64,000 bases of DNA from Macrostomum lignano (Eukaryota), in assembly GCA_002269645.1 (NCBI GenBank), contig NIVC01000868.1, positions 62,001 through 126,000 of the forward strand. The letters run 5' to 3'. Numbering within the stretch: position 1 is the first letter of the stretch; every line of letters begins with the position of its first letter. Below the pieces are notes generated by a model that was given only the letters and a program-made list of their open reading frames with translations, did not search any database and was not told the DNA's origin. Made by a program: the position numbers and the translations under genes. Shown piece by piece: positions 53,661 to 64,000 of this stretch.

Positions 53661-56189
53661 AAAGGATCCAAGGGACATAGGGAGAGTCAGGGAGAGGCCA
53701 GAGTTTGCCAATACATGTTTTAGAGTCAGACAGACATTGCCTGGCATTCTGTGGAGTACCCCAGCAAACAATATCAATGTTTGCCTCAAACCCTAATTTT
53801 ACACAAATGTGCTCCATTTTATGTCTACCTCTATCTTACTAACATTAATTTGTTTGTGTATGGCCTTAGATTTCAGAATACATGCAAAAGTAGTTCCGGG
53901 GATTGGAATTCCCCGGGTTCAAAATCCGCGGGTTTCAACAGCTTGTTATATAAATAATAATCTAAAACATAGTATCAAGTCAATAATATATTTAAATATA
54001 CTATTATTTGCATTTACTAGGCCTATAATTTTTTTATTATGATACTATGATCAGGATAAATAGCATTTCAATATATATCAATTTTTATCACTGTTTTGCA
54101 ATACCTTGCTGAGATTTCATGCTTGTAAATGTAAATTAAAATAAAAGAATAACAAATAAGTCATACAATTAAATTCTTTTTTATCTTTAACCATTTACAA
54201 GATGCATCAATATGTGTATCTAGCTCATAATAAGTGAGTACTATTGTTTTAAATTGCCACTTTATCTTTTAAAAAAGCACCCAAGAGCTCTATTCATTGG
54301 AATTTTTCATTTTGAACTTGTGATTGCTAATGTGTTAATAGACATGTCAATGTCTATGGTCAAACCTTGGTGCCCAAATTGCTAATGAGAATTCTGCTAC
54401 CAGCATAGGTTATCCCACATAAGTGTTTGCCATGCCTCACTTGGACTAGGTATGTATATATAGTCCAATAGATAGAAGACAGTTGAAGGGCATTTTTAGC
54501 ATAAGATAGAAAGTTAAAACCACACTTAAATACTAATTAGCAGGGAACTATACAAGCCAACAACTGATTATGTTCTGAGGTATGGAAATGCAAATTTTTA
54601 TATGCACTCTTTAATTGCTTTACCTGGCTACATAACTTTGCTAATACTTATACTTGTTTGCATTCTCAGTAGCAGAAATGCATGCAATAATTGGTGACCA
54701 TATAGAGAAGCCTCATGAGAAAGTTTTATTTAACTGCTATCATTGGAGCTATTATAGGTTTTTATCCATCACACATAAAAATAAAGTTAGCACATCTGCC
54801 TAAACCCATGCTTGCCAAATTTTTCAGGTGCACTGGATAGCGACCACAAAATTAAGACTTCTTCCAATAGGGTTGTCAACTAGCTGATAGGGAGTTTACC
54901 AACCTTGGTCACTTTGTTAAGTACTAATTAAATATCCCATACAGCTGCAAAAACTGAAACTAAATACTCAGGCAAGATTAGGGTAACTAGCCAAATGAAT
55001 ATCTATACCTTTTTGCAACATCTGCCAGCTTTGATGCATCTTTGACTATTAACAAAATAATGCACTCATTTGTTCTAAACATGCATATAGCATAATAGGG
55101 TAGATAATTAGTTACACAAAAGTTACAAATTTGCATTTTGATAGGGTGAATGATCCACGTGGGTACATGTATGGTCATATAACATATTAATGTGCAAGAT
55201 TCATAAAAATAATTATATCTTGGCTATATATAGGCCTATTCAATTTTTATTAAAGGCAGTGTTGTTGCTATGGCATAATATGAAAAAATCAATATCAGCA
55301 TCAACAAAATTTTAAAATGTATTTTATTTTTGATATAATATATTTAATTTATATTTGTAATTAAGGAACCCTTTTTATGAAACAATCATTTTTATGTCAT
55401 AATATAATAAGTTCAGGATTTTTAATTCCTATTATCATAACCTAAAAGATGCAATAGATTTATTAGCAATGAGCAAAAGAGCTAATTATCTAATTTTTAT
55501 AGCCAAATATTGTACAATTGTACAAGAATGCTTCAAAAAGTAGTGGGTCAGCAGGTTTGGCAAAATAAGGCAAACATTGAAATGTCCCATCTGCATTATA
55601 AAATAAAAATACTAGATTTCCTTAAAAATTGACATGTACTACCAAAAATATTGGGAGAGGCATGACCCCACAGGCCTTCTCTCATTCAATTACAAGTGTG
55701 TATTATATGCTTGTATAACTAGTCTTAGTGTTTTTTAGTTGATAATGTTTTAATTCTTCTCTCAATTTCTTTGAGCCATAATTAGCACACAATCCAGGCA
55801 AACTAAAAGCAATAGGCCTATCCTAGACCAGGAAGTCCAAATAGTTTCTTAAAGGCTCGTTCACACTGGCATCAAATGAAGCCCATTTTGGTCAGTTGTG
55901 GATTTCATCGTATTGTACACCAGTTGCATTTTATGGCTCGTTTGCTGGCAGTGTGAATTTGAGTCTGGATTCGATATCTAAGCTATAAAGTTGCTGGATA
56001 GTTGTGCTACCTACTTAACTAGTGTTCCTCTGAGTCCGGAGTTGCTGTGGCAAAGTCTTGGAGGCAACATCCATACCCAGATCGCATTCTCACTTCATGC
56101 GAATTCGCCTGGGCATTCGACACTTGGCTCCGGCCGAGTCAACAGCTCCGTCATCGGCCGCAACTCCTCTGGCCCCTGCGGCCTCCTCC

Positions 56190-57195
56190 ATGGCCTCGGG
56201 CAGGGACTGCCGGCCGGACCAGTGGCTGGCCTCTCTGCCTGAGCGCCAACTCGCCCCTGAGCAGGACTTGAACCGCCTGCTACTGGACTACCTGCGGCAC
56301 CAGGGCCACCTGGAGGCTGCCGAGGCGTTTCAGCGCGAAGCCCGCGGCCTGCCGACTCCCGAGACTGCGGCTGTTCCCCACGCTGAACTGCGCTGCCGGA
56401 TACGGGAGGCTGTGCAGGTGATCGCTAGCTCTGTGGCTCCCACCGTCCATTGTCACTGACACCCGCTGCCCTTGTCGCTGACACCCGCTGCCATTGTCAC
56501 TGACACCCGCTGCCATTGTCACTGACACCCGCTGCCATTGTCACTGACACCTGCTTCCCATTGTCACTGACACCCGCTGCTGTTTGCCGAGCACATTTCT
56601 CGCTCTCATTGAGCATTCTGTCCAGCGGTACATGAACAGTCACTTTCTATATTTTTCGCCCCTCTTCCAGTCGGGCCGCATTGACGAGGCGGCGGAGCTG
56701 CTGGAATCGGCGAGGCCGGGCCTGCTGGCTTCCCGGCCTGGGCTGGAGTTCCGCCTGCGGTTGCAGCAGTTGCTGGAGCTGGTGAGGGTTGGCCGGCCCT
56801 CTGAGGCGCTGGATTTGGCGCAGCAGCGCCTGGCGCCGCTGGCGGAAGCGCGACCGGAGCGGCTGTCCGATCTGGAAGAGGCCATGGGGCTACTGGCCTT
56901 TGAGCGGCCGGCCGAGTCTGCAGCGTTTGGCCACTGGCTCGGACAGGGGCAGCGGCGGCGGCTGGCCGGCCTGCTTGACGCGGCCATCGCCGGGCGCGAC
57001 CCCGAGGCCGATGCGGAGGCCGATGGGGATGGCAGAGACGCTGCGGCGCGTTGCCGGCTTGACTACCTGCTCCGTCTGTTGCTGTGGTCACAGGACCGCC
57101 TGGCGTCGGCCGGAGTTCGATTCCCGCGCCTCACTGACTTGGCGGGCGCTGGATTTGACGGCGCTCCATCGTCTGGCGGGGGCAGCTTGGTCTGA
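56190..57195 (+). CDS. GID8: GID8/TWA1 CTLH E3-ligase complex subunit (LisH-CTLH-CRA), 2 exons, ~250 aa
   Basis: Exons 56190-56417 and 56671-57195 (phase 0). Motifs DLNRLLLDYLRHQGHLEAAEAF (LisH), GRIDEAAELL (CTLH), LEEAMGLLAF, and LLRLLLWSQDRL...FPRLTDL, which parallels human LLKLLLWAQNEL...YPKMTDL. Confidence 0.93.
56448..56580. repeat. 22-bp minisatellite in the GID8 intron
   Basis: Unit cattgtcactgacacccgctgc. Confidence 0.9.
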
Positions 57196-57227
57196 GCGGG
57201 ATCGAATTATCGACAAATCGATGAGGC

Positions 57228-57470
57228 TGGGTCTGACAGATTGATGACGCTGGGTCTGACAGATTGATTAGACTGGGTCTGACAGATTGATGAGGCTGGG
57301 TCTGACGGATGTGAGGCTGGGTCTGACAGATTGATGAGGCTGGGTCTGACAGATTGATGAGGCTGGGTCTGACAGATTGATGAGGCTGGGTCTGACGGAT
57401 ATGAGGCTGGGTCTGACAGATTGATGAGGCTGGGTCTGACAGATTGATGAGGCTGGGTCTGACAGATTAC
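57228..57470. repeat. ~23-bp minisatellite just downstream of the GID8 stop
   Basis: Unit ctgggtctgacagattgatgagg. Confidence 0.92.
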
Positions 57471-58099
57471 GAGTAATTAAGCTTGGTCTGGGCTGATGAC
57501 AGACTTATGCTGGGTTGATGGATTGATGAGGCGGGGTTGCTTGATTTACTTTGTAGCTTATCGGTACTTAGTTGCTATGGCTCGCAATTCACGCAGGCAT
57601 TGCTATATTTTCTTATAGGCGTAAGCCTGAAGTCTAAAAAGCATTTGGCTGAAGCTGCACGAGTCAGTGCATTCAAAGTCTGCTTTTACTGCATGCTTTC
57701 ATTCTATTCCTCGTTTCTGACCCCGAATCTCTTCTTGCCTCGTTTTGCTGCCGATCTGCGCAATGAGCCAGTGCGTATGAGCCGATCCTCCGCAGGGCAT
57801 TCTGTCTTGGAGTTGGTACTGACCACCCTCCCCCGCTCTACTTGTAGTAGCATCTAAGCATTGCAATGTACAATGCACCTTGCATTGAAGCTGGCCTGAT
57901 AAATGCAACCATTTACTCTGGAGTTTGCCAGTTCGGCTGAATATGTCCAAGCTGTTCTCTCAGGCTTTCTCTTTTAACAAAATATTCGGATTTAATAGTC
58001 CCAACTTGCTGCTACTTTCAGTAGCACGAGTGTAGCTCTTTATTTATTTTGTCGCTTAAGATTCGGCTCAAAAATTTAAATTCTTTTGAGTAGTGATAG

Positions 58100-58512
58100 A
58101 ACCTGTGTGATGTGTTTGAGTCAGTGACCCCAGTGTGATGTGTTTGAGTCAGTGACCCCAGTGTGATGTGTTTGAGTCAGTGACCCCAGTGTGATGTGTT
58201 TGAGTCAGTGACCCCATTGTGATGTGTTTGAGTCAGTGACCCCATGTGATGTATTTGAGTCAGTGACCCCAGTGTGATGTGTTTGAGTCAGTGACCCCAG
58301 TGTGATGTATTTGAGTCAGTGACCCCATGTGATGTATCTGATTTAGTGACCCCATGTGCTGTATGAGTCAGTGACCCCAGTGGGATGTACGAGTCAGTGA
58401 CCCCAAATGGGATGTACGAGTCAGTGACCCCAATGGGATGTACGAGTCAGTGACCCCATGTGCTGTACGAGTCAGTGACCCCATGTGCTGTACGAGTCAG
58501 TGACCCCATGTG
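58100..58512. repeat. ~26-28-bp minisatellite
   Basis: Unit gtgtgatgtgtttgagtcagtgacccca. Confidence 0.93.
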
Positions 58513-58572
58513 AATAGAATACAAAAGGCACAAGTAAAATTCAATGCGTTAATTTGTGCGCATCGAACTGTC

Positions 58573-60915
58573 ATGCTGAATAATCCGGCCGCACCGCCAG
58601 TCGGGCAGCTCCGAGGACAAAAGCGGCAAAGATGGAGCCGCCGACTTCGAATCCCGGTTGGCTGGGCGCGGTGTCGGCGTCGTGGCAGCCGGGCACCTCG
58701 CTGAGCTGCTGCGGGCTGGCCGTCTGACCTGGGCGGAGCTGGACGGTGAGACTTTTGCCGCTGTCAGTGAGATCGACTTCCCGGAGCACGCGCTGGTCAG
58801 CGCGCTGAAGGAATTCGAGGAGGCGGCCGACGACCTGCGGCCTGGCGAGGCACGGACCGTCGCGTTGAACTGCGCGCTCAAGGCGTGGCGAGAGTCCGCT
58901 ATGGGGCATGTGAGTCTGAGCAGAGTCCGCTATGGGGCATGTGAGTCTGAGTAGAGTCCGCTATGGGGCATGTGAGTCTGAGTAGAGTCCGCTATGGGGC
59001 ATGTGAGTCTGAGTAGAGTCCGCTATGGGGCATGTGAGTCTAAGCAGAGCCACTATGGGGCATGTGAGTCTGAGTAGAGTCCGCTATGGGGCACATGAGT
59101 CTAAGCAGAGCCGCTATGGGGAATGTGAGTCTGAGTAGAGTCCGCTATGGGGAATGTGAGTCTGAGTAGAGTCCGCTATGGGGCATGTGAGTCTGAGTAG
59201 AGTCCGCTATGGGGCATGTGAGTCTGAGTAGAGTCCGCTATGGGGCATGTGAGTCTGAGTAGAGTCCGCTATGGGGCATGTGAGTCTAAGCAGAGCCACT
59301 ATGGGGCATGTGAGTCTGAGTAGAGTCCGCTATGGGGAATGTGAGTCTGAGTAGAGTCCGCTATGGGGAATGTGAGTCTGAGCAGAGTCCGCTATGGGGC
59401 ATGTGAGCCTGAGCAGGATGTCTCCATGGCAACCATAAACCGTCGCAGGCCCAGTCCGCCTCCAAGGGCCCCAGCGAGGCCTCCCTGAAGCGGCTGCTGC
59501 AGCGCACCGGCTTCAGCCACGAGGTCACTGCAGGCCAGCGCCGCTACGGGCCGCCGCCGGGCCGTCAGCGCGAGCCGCCACCGCCACCAAGTTGCGAGGT
59601 CTTCATCAGCCGCCTGCCGCCCGACGCTTTTGAGGACTCGCTGGTGCCGCTGCTGGAGGAGGCCGGGCCGCTGTTCGACCTGCAAATCCCCACAGAACCT
59701 ACCAGCGGCCTTAACAAGGGCTTCGCCTTCGCCCTCTTTGCCAGCCCCGCCGATGCCGTCCGCGCCGCCGAGCTGCTCAATGGCCGACGCCTCTGCGACT
59801 TCAGTGACTCTCGGCCGCTGCAAGTGGAGCCGATGGCGCCAAACTGCCGGCTGCTGGTTGGAAACCTGCCGAAGCGGCAGAGTGTTGAACAGATCAGGTT
59901 TGTCTGTTAGTGTCTGTCCGTCTGTCTGTCTCACCGTTAATCCAGTGTAGTTTTACCCCACCTGTCCAGGTCAGCATTCGAGTCCGCTGGTCTTAACGGT
60001 CTCACCGGAGTTGTCTGCTACGCCGCAGCCGCTGCCGCCTCATCAAACGTGCCTTCGGGCTCATCGCAGTCGCCAGCGAGCAACCGCGGCTTCTGTTTCC
60101 TGGAATTCGCCAGCCACGCCGACGCCTCGGCGGCGAAAAAACGGCTGGTGAAGGACCGTGGCAGGTGCGTCTTTGCCGACTGCAGCGGCGGCGCCGGCGA
60201 CATCTGTGTGGACTGGGCGGACGCCGTTGAAGAGGTGATTTGAAGCTACTGCAGTTTGGATAGAACAGAACCATTCCCACCCCGAAGACCGGCTTTAATA
60301 GGGCCGGTCTAAGCGACTGTTCAGCAGAATACATTGACAGTAGACAAGTTTTCTGGTACCACCTAGCTGGCTAGATAGGATAGATGAGCAGAAAAAAGAT
60401 TTGAACTCCATGGCCTGGTTTAATAGAAAAAGTAGTTGTGGAGATCAGCAAAGGCAGAGCAAGGAGGCCCACAGGTGTCCATCCACACTTCTTGCGTACC
60501 TGCCCGCCAGGAGGACCGAGAGACGCTCAACCAGCTCCGCCTGCTGCTCATCCGCAACCTGAAGCCCTCCGTGACGGAGGCTGAACTGCGCCGTCGGGTC
60601 GCCTCGTTCGGCCAACTAGACAGCGTGACTCGAACCCAAGACCTCGGCCTGGTGTGCTTCCACCGGCGGGAGGACGCGCTGCGCGCCGTCGCCGAGCTTG
60701 ATGGTGTCGACGGTCTCGAAGTGAGCCTCGCCAGGCGGCAGGTGCCGCAGGCTGTGCCGCCGCCCCCACGCCAGCCGCCGCAGCAGCCACAGCAGCTGGT
60801 GCAGTGGCAGCCGACAAGCCACGGCGGCATCCTGCAGCTGGTAGCGCAGGGCGTCAAGCGGGCCAGCGGCGGCAGCGGCTGCTCATTCAACCAGAAGCGG
60901 GAAAGGCGCTTCTGA
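58573..60915 (+). CDS. Divergent SYNCRIP/hnRNP Q/R-like RNA-binding protein (N-terminal helical domain + 3 RRMs)
   Basis: Exons ~58573-58909, 59449-59897, 59970-60234 and 60511-60915 with consistent phases (0, 2, 0). Motifs KGPSEASLKRLLQRTG..VTAGQRRYGPPP, CEVFISRLP, NKGFAF, NCRLLVGNLPK, NRGFCFLEF, VDWAD and LLIRNL match hnRNP Q/R. The start needs a 1-nt correction near 58603 or an unseen upstream exon. Confidence 0.88.
58890..59414. repeat. 31-bp minisatellite (~17 copies) whose unit spans an exon/5'-splice-site junction
   Basis: Unit agagtccgctatggggcat|gtgagtctgagt. Confidence 0.96.
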
Positions 60916-61946
60916 CCCATACAGGGTTTCGTGATGCGTAAAGTTTGCCTCACTTTTTTATGCTGGTGTGAACATAGTTCCTCCAGTTATTTGACGGTTG
61001 CAATTTTTTCACTTGAATCAAGCATCGGTCACGAAGCCGATCGATAATGTTAGTGTGAATTTACTCATTCGCCAATTTCCATAAGTAGTTTTTGCATTTG
61101 CCGATAAATAAACTCGCACTGTTCAAATTGTAGGCAATTTTTCTTCTAAATCAGAAAAAACCGAAGCTGACCAGAAGAATTTAACATTGCTGACAATTAT
61201 TTATTGTGACTGTCATTGTGCACCACAACATCCAAGTGTTGCCAGCCGAGCTCAGCACTGGGGCCGGGTTAAACAATAAAAATATTCTGCAAACAGACAG
61301 TAAAACCGGCAGTGGCCGGTGCATGCGGATAAAAGTGAGATTCGCAGCATGTCGCTGCTACTTTAAGTAGTCAAGTAAAGACAACACACGAAAAGCATAG
61401 AGGTAAAAAGTTTATCGTTGAAGGGAGAAGCAGGCGAGACAAAACGGCTTGGGGAAAAGCTGAATTAATAAAAACTCGCAAATCAATCAGGTAATTGTTA
61501 GCTCTCAATAAATTTTTCTGCTACAAGATTGACTTCGGAAAGAAAAAAAAACTCTCAGCTACTTCAAGTAAAATAGACGAGCATGCAGAATCCAAGATAA
61601 AAAATAGCACAACAATGCATTGCATACGGCACAAGGACAGGACAAGTCGCGAGGCAGTTCAGCATAGAAGTTCAAATATCAAATTGCTGTGCAGCACAGG
61701 CAAAGCCATCTGACAGTGTTGGGAAAGATGGAATGCAGAAAATATTTTCAGAGCTGCTCGTATAAAAATCTATACTACAGTCAGTAGGTATGTAGGATCA
61801 GTAAGTGGGTTAAGCCAGTCTATGATTAAATTTATTAACACGTCAAAAAGCCTCAAATAAAAACACAAAATGAATAAAATTTTCGCTTGTTGACCATCAA
61901 ATAGAACTTTGAAACTCAACCTCAAAAATAAATAGTTAAACACTGC

Positions 61947-63297
61947 TCAGGCCCGCAGGTGCACGTAGGCGTTGGGCACCGACTGCTGGTGCAGCATGGG
62001 GATTTGCTCCTCCTCCTGCTTCAGAGCAGCGGAGGTCGTGCAGGCCGGCAGCGTGGCGGCCGAGCTACACGAGGAGGCGGCGGAGCTGCGGTCGGGCAGG
62101 CAGACGGTGACGGCGGAGTCGCCGGCGTGGCCGCTGTGGTACCAGCTGGCCTGGCGGAAGTCCGCCCGCAGCTCCGGCTGCTCATCGATGCAGGCCAGCA
62201 GGCCCGAAAAGGATGAGCGCTGCTTCGGCTTCTGCGCCCAGCAGCGGGCCATGAGGTCAGCCAGGAACTCCGGGCAGTCCTCTGGCGGTTCCAGCGTCTT
62301 GCCTGACTTCACCATGTTCAGCACCTCCTCGTTGCTGCGCCCGTTGAACGGCTGGGAAGCCAGGCTGGCGATCTCCCACAGCACCACGCCGTAGGACCAA
62401 ACATCCGAGGCGGTGGTGAAGACGCCGTCCCGGAGCGACTCCGGCGCCATCCAGCGGACCGGCAGCGGCGCCTGACCCTCCTTCTTGTAGTAGTCCGAGT
62501 AGTACACGTCCCGCGTCATACCGAAGTCTGCGGGCGGGTGGCAACTCTACATGTTGCAGCGGAGCCTGCTGTTGCTCCAGCCCTGATGCTTCAGCTGGCT
62601 GCTGTTGCCCCACCCCTGATGCTTCAGCTGGCTGCTGTTGCCCCACCCCTGATGCTTCAGCTAGCTGCTGCTGCCCCACCCCTGATGCTTCAGCTGGCTG
62701 CTGTTGCCCCACCCCTGATGCTTCAGCTGGCTGCTGTTGCCCCACCCCTGATGCTTTAGCTGGCTGCTGCTGCCCCACCCCTGATGCTTTAGCTGGCTGC
62801 TGATGCCCCACGGCTCACCCGTTGCTCCAGCAGCAAAATCTCAAATCCCACACTGTCTGCAGGCTGAGGCTCACGGATATTATTTTAGACTCTAGCCCAA
62901 GGCCCAGCTACCGCAGGCGACTTACCGCCTATCTTGACCGTAAAGGCGGCCGTGACCATGCAGTTCCTGGCTGCCAGGTCCCGGTGAATGTACTTTCTAG
63001 TCTCCAGGTAGTACATGCCGTCAGCGATCTGCGCGCACCACAGCACCAGCTGATCTCTGCTGTACATGGGCAGGACTGGCCCGTCCGTGTCCGGGCGCAT
63101 CTGGCGCAGACAAGTCTTGAGGTCGCCGTTCTCCATCAGCTCCATGAGCACCAGAATCGGCACGTTCTCCGACACCACGCCGATCAAGCGGACCACGTGG
63201 GCACACTGACGGAACTTCTTCATGTGGGTGGCCTCCTGCGAAGCGAGTTGATTCAATTTTGGCTTGGTGTTATAGACAGACAACTGGCTAAGCAGGA

Positions 63298-63382
<85 letters not shown>

Positions 63383-64000
63383 GGCAGAGACAGCCAGACT
63401 CTGACCTGCAGAAACTCGTGTCTCTCCCGCATGGTGGCCTTGTCGTTGACGCTCTTGACCGCCACAGGGACGTCCTCAGACTGGCGGATGTAGCGCGCAG
63501 CCGGGGTGTTCAGCGAGCGCACGAGGCCGCGGTAGACCCTGCCGAAGGAGCCGGTGCCGAGGCGATCGGCGGTGCTGTAGGTCACCTGGTCGCGGGGCAC
63601 CTCCCACTCGTCAGGCTCGTAGGTGTAGCTCCAGTAGTCTGGGTTCTCGTTGACCACCGTCTTCTCCCGGTTGATCCGGCGGTAGGTGACCCAGGCGATG
63701 ATAACCACCAAGGCGCCTAGCAACAGCATGGCAACCAGCAAAACCCCGGCAATCGCGTCTGCGGTGAGGCGGCCGGGGCGCCGGCGGACCCTCATGGGGA
63801 CCGGGAGGCTCCACCGACCAGGCTGGAACAGCGACACGGCCCGCACCCGCACCTGGTAGTCACCCTCCGGCACCGACTTCAGCAGGGTGCCGCCGATCAG
63901 CTGCTGCATGGACGCCGAACTGCTGCTGCCGTTGGCAGCCCCGGCCAAAGACTGGCGCTGCGCTGGCTGCCGCACCTGGTGCCGGTGCCCGCGGTTCAGC
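61947..64000 (-). CDS. InR: Insulin/IGF receptor-like tyrosine kinase, 3' portion (FN3 end, TM, kinase); 5' part lies beyond the window
   Basis: Exons >64000-63406, 63235-62926 and 62527-61947 (phases 0, 1). [25 protein letters not shown]; NPDY motif; YEPDEWEV; GTGSFG; VAVK; HRDLAARN; [16 protein letters not shown]; [13 protein letters not shown]. Confidence 0.93.
62570..62812. repeat. 30-bp minisatellite in an InR intron
   Basis: Unit gctgttgccccacccctgatgcttcagctg. Confidence 0.93.
63297..63382. repeat. (GACA)n microsatellite in an InR intron
   Basis: Pure tetranucleotide run. Confidence 0.96.

Larger units (their letters stand above)
50026..53945 (+). mobile_element. Non-autonomous Helitron (3920 bp)
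   Basis: Begins with TC (tctctaaatataaaaatc...tgtgtgtctgtctg) after an A; ends with a GC hairpin (53912-53932), 9 nt and CTTG (CTAG variant) before a T. No TSD, and removing it restores the palindrome arm exactly. Internal ~1-kb tandem duplication (~50420-51400 vs ~51430-52430). No Rep/helicase ORF. Confidence 0.8.
48377..55206. repeat. Giant inverted repeat (1357-bp arms, 196-bp AT spacer) interrupted by a Helitron
   Basis: Left arm 48377-49733 is the reverse complement of 49930-50025 joined to 53946-55206. The same 63-aa ORF appears on + (in 48294-48596) and on - (54987-55178). Confidence 0.92.

Noticed and set aside
48377-55206. Autonomous large-TIR transposon (Polinton/Mutator-like)
   Set aside because: No TSD at the outer ends and no transposase, integrase or polymerase coding remnant between the arms.

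Overview
Eukaryotic, intron-rich animal DNA. GC-rich Ala/Gly-rich exons and a different minisatellite in most introns suggest a free-living flatworm such as Macrostomum; this is inference only. Genes reconstructed by hand from splice sites and reading phase: a TP53I11-like membrane protein whose intron holds an intact RTE-type LINE; a Vsx/Chx10 homeobox gene; an orphan two-exon gene; a ~1102-aa protein fusing 13 ankyrin repeats to a Mab-21/cGAS-like nucleotidyltransferase (listed as three separate ORFs in the track but joined by phase-compatible introns); a two-Ig-domain type I membrane protein; GID8; a divergent SYNCRIP/hnRNP R-like gene; and the 3' half of an insulin-receptor-like kinase. 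Mobile DNA: the RTE LINE, a decayed intron-containing Crypton, a Harbinger element nested in a tRNA-derived SINE, hAT and Harbinger MITEs, and a 3.92-kb non-autonomous Helitron that interrupts a giant AT-rich palindrome with 1357-bp arms. Main leads: the ankyrin-cGLR fusion, the hidden palindrome, and minisatellites built from splice-site sequence. No CRISPR array, rRNA or functional tRNA was seen. All exon models are manual and lack transcript support.
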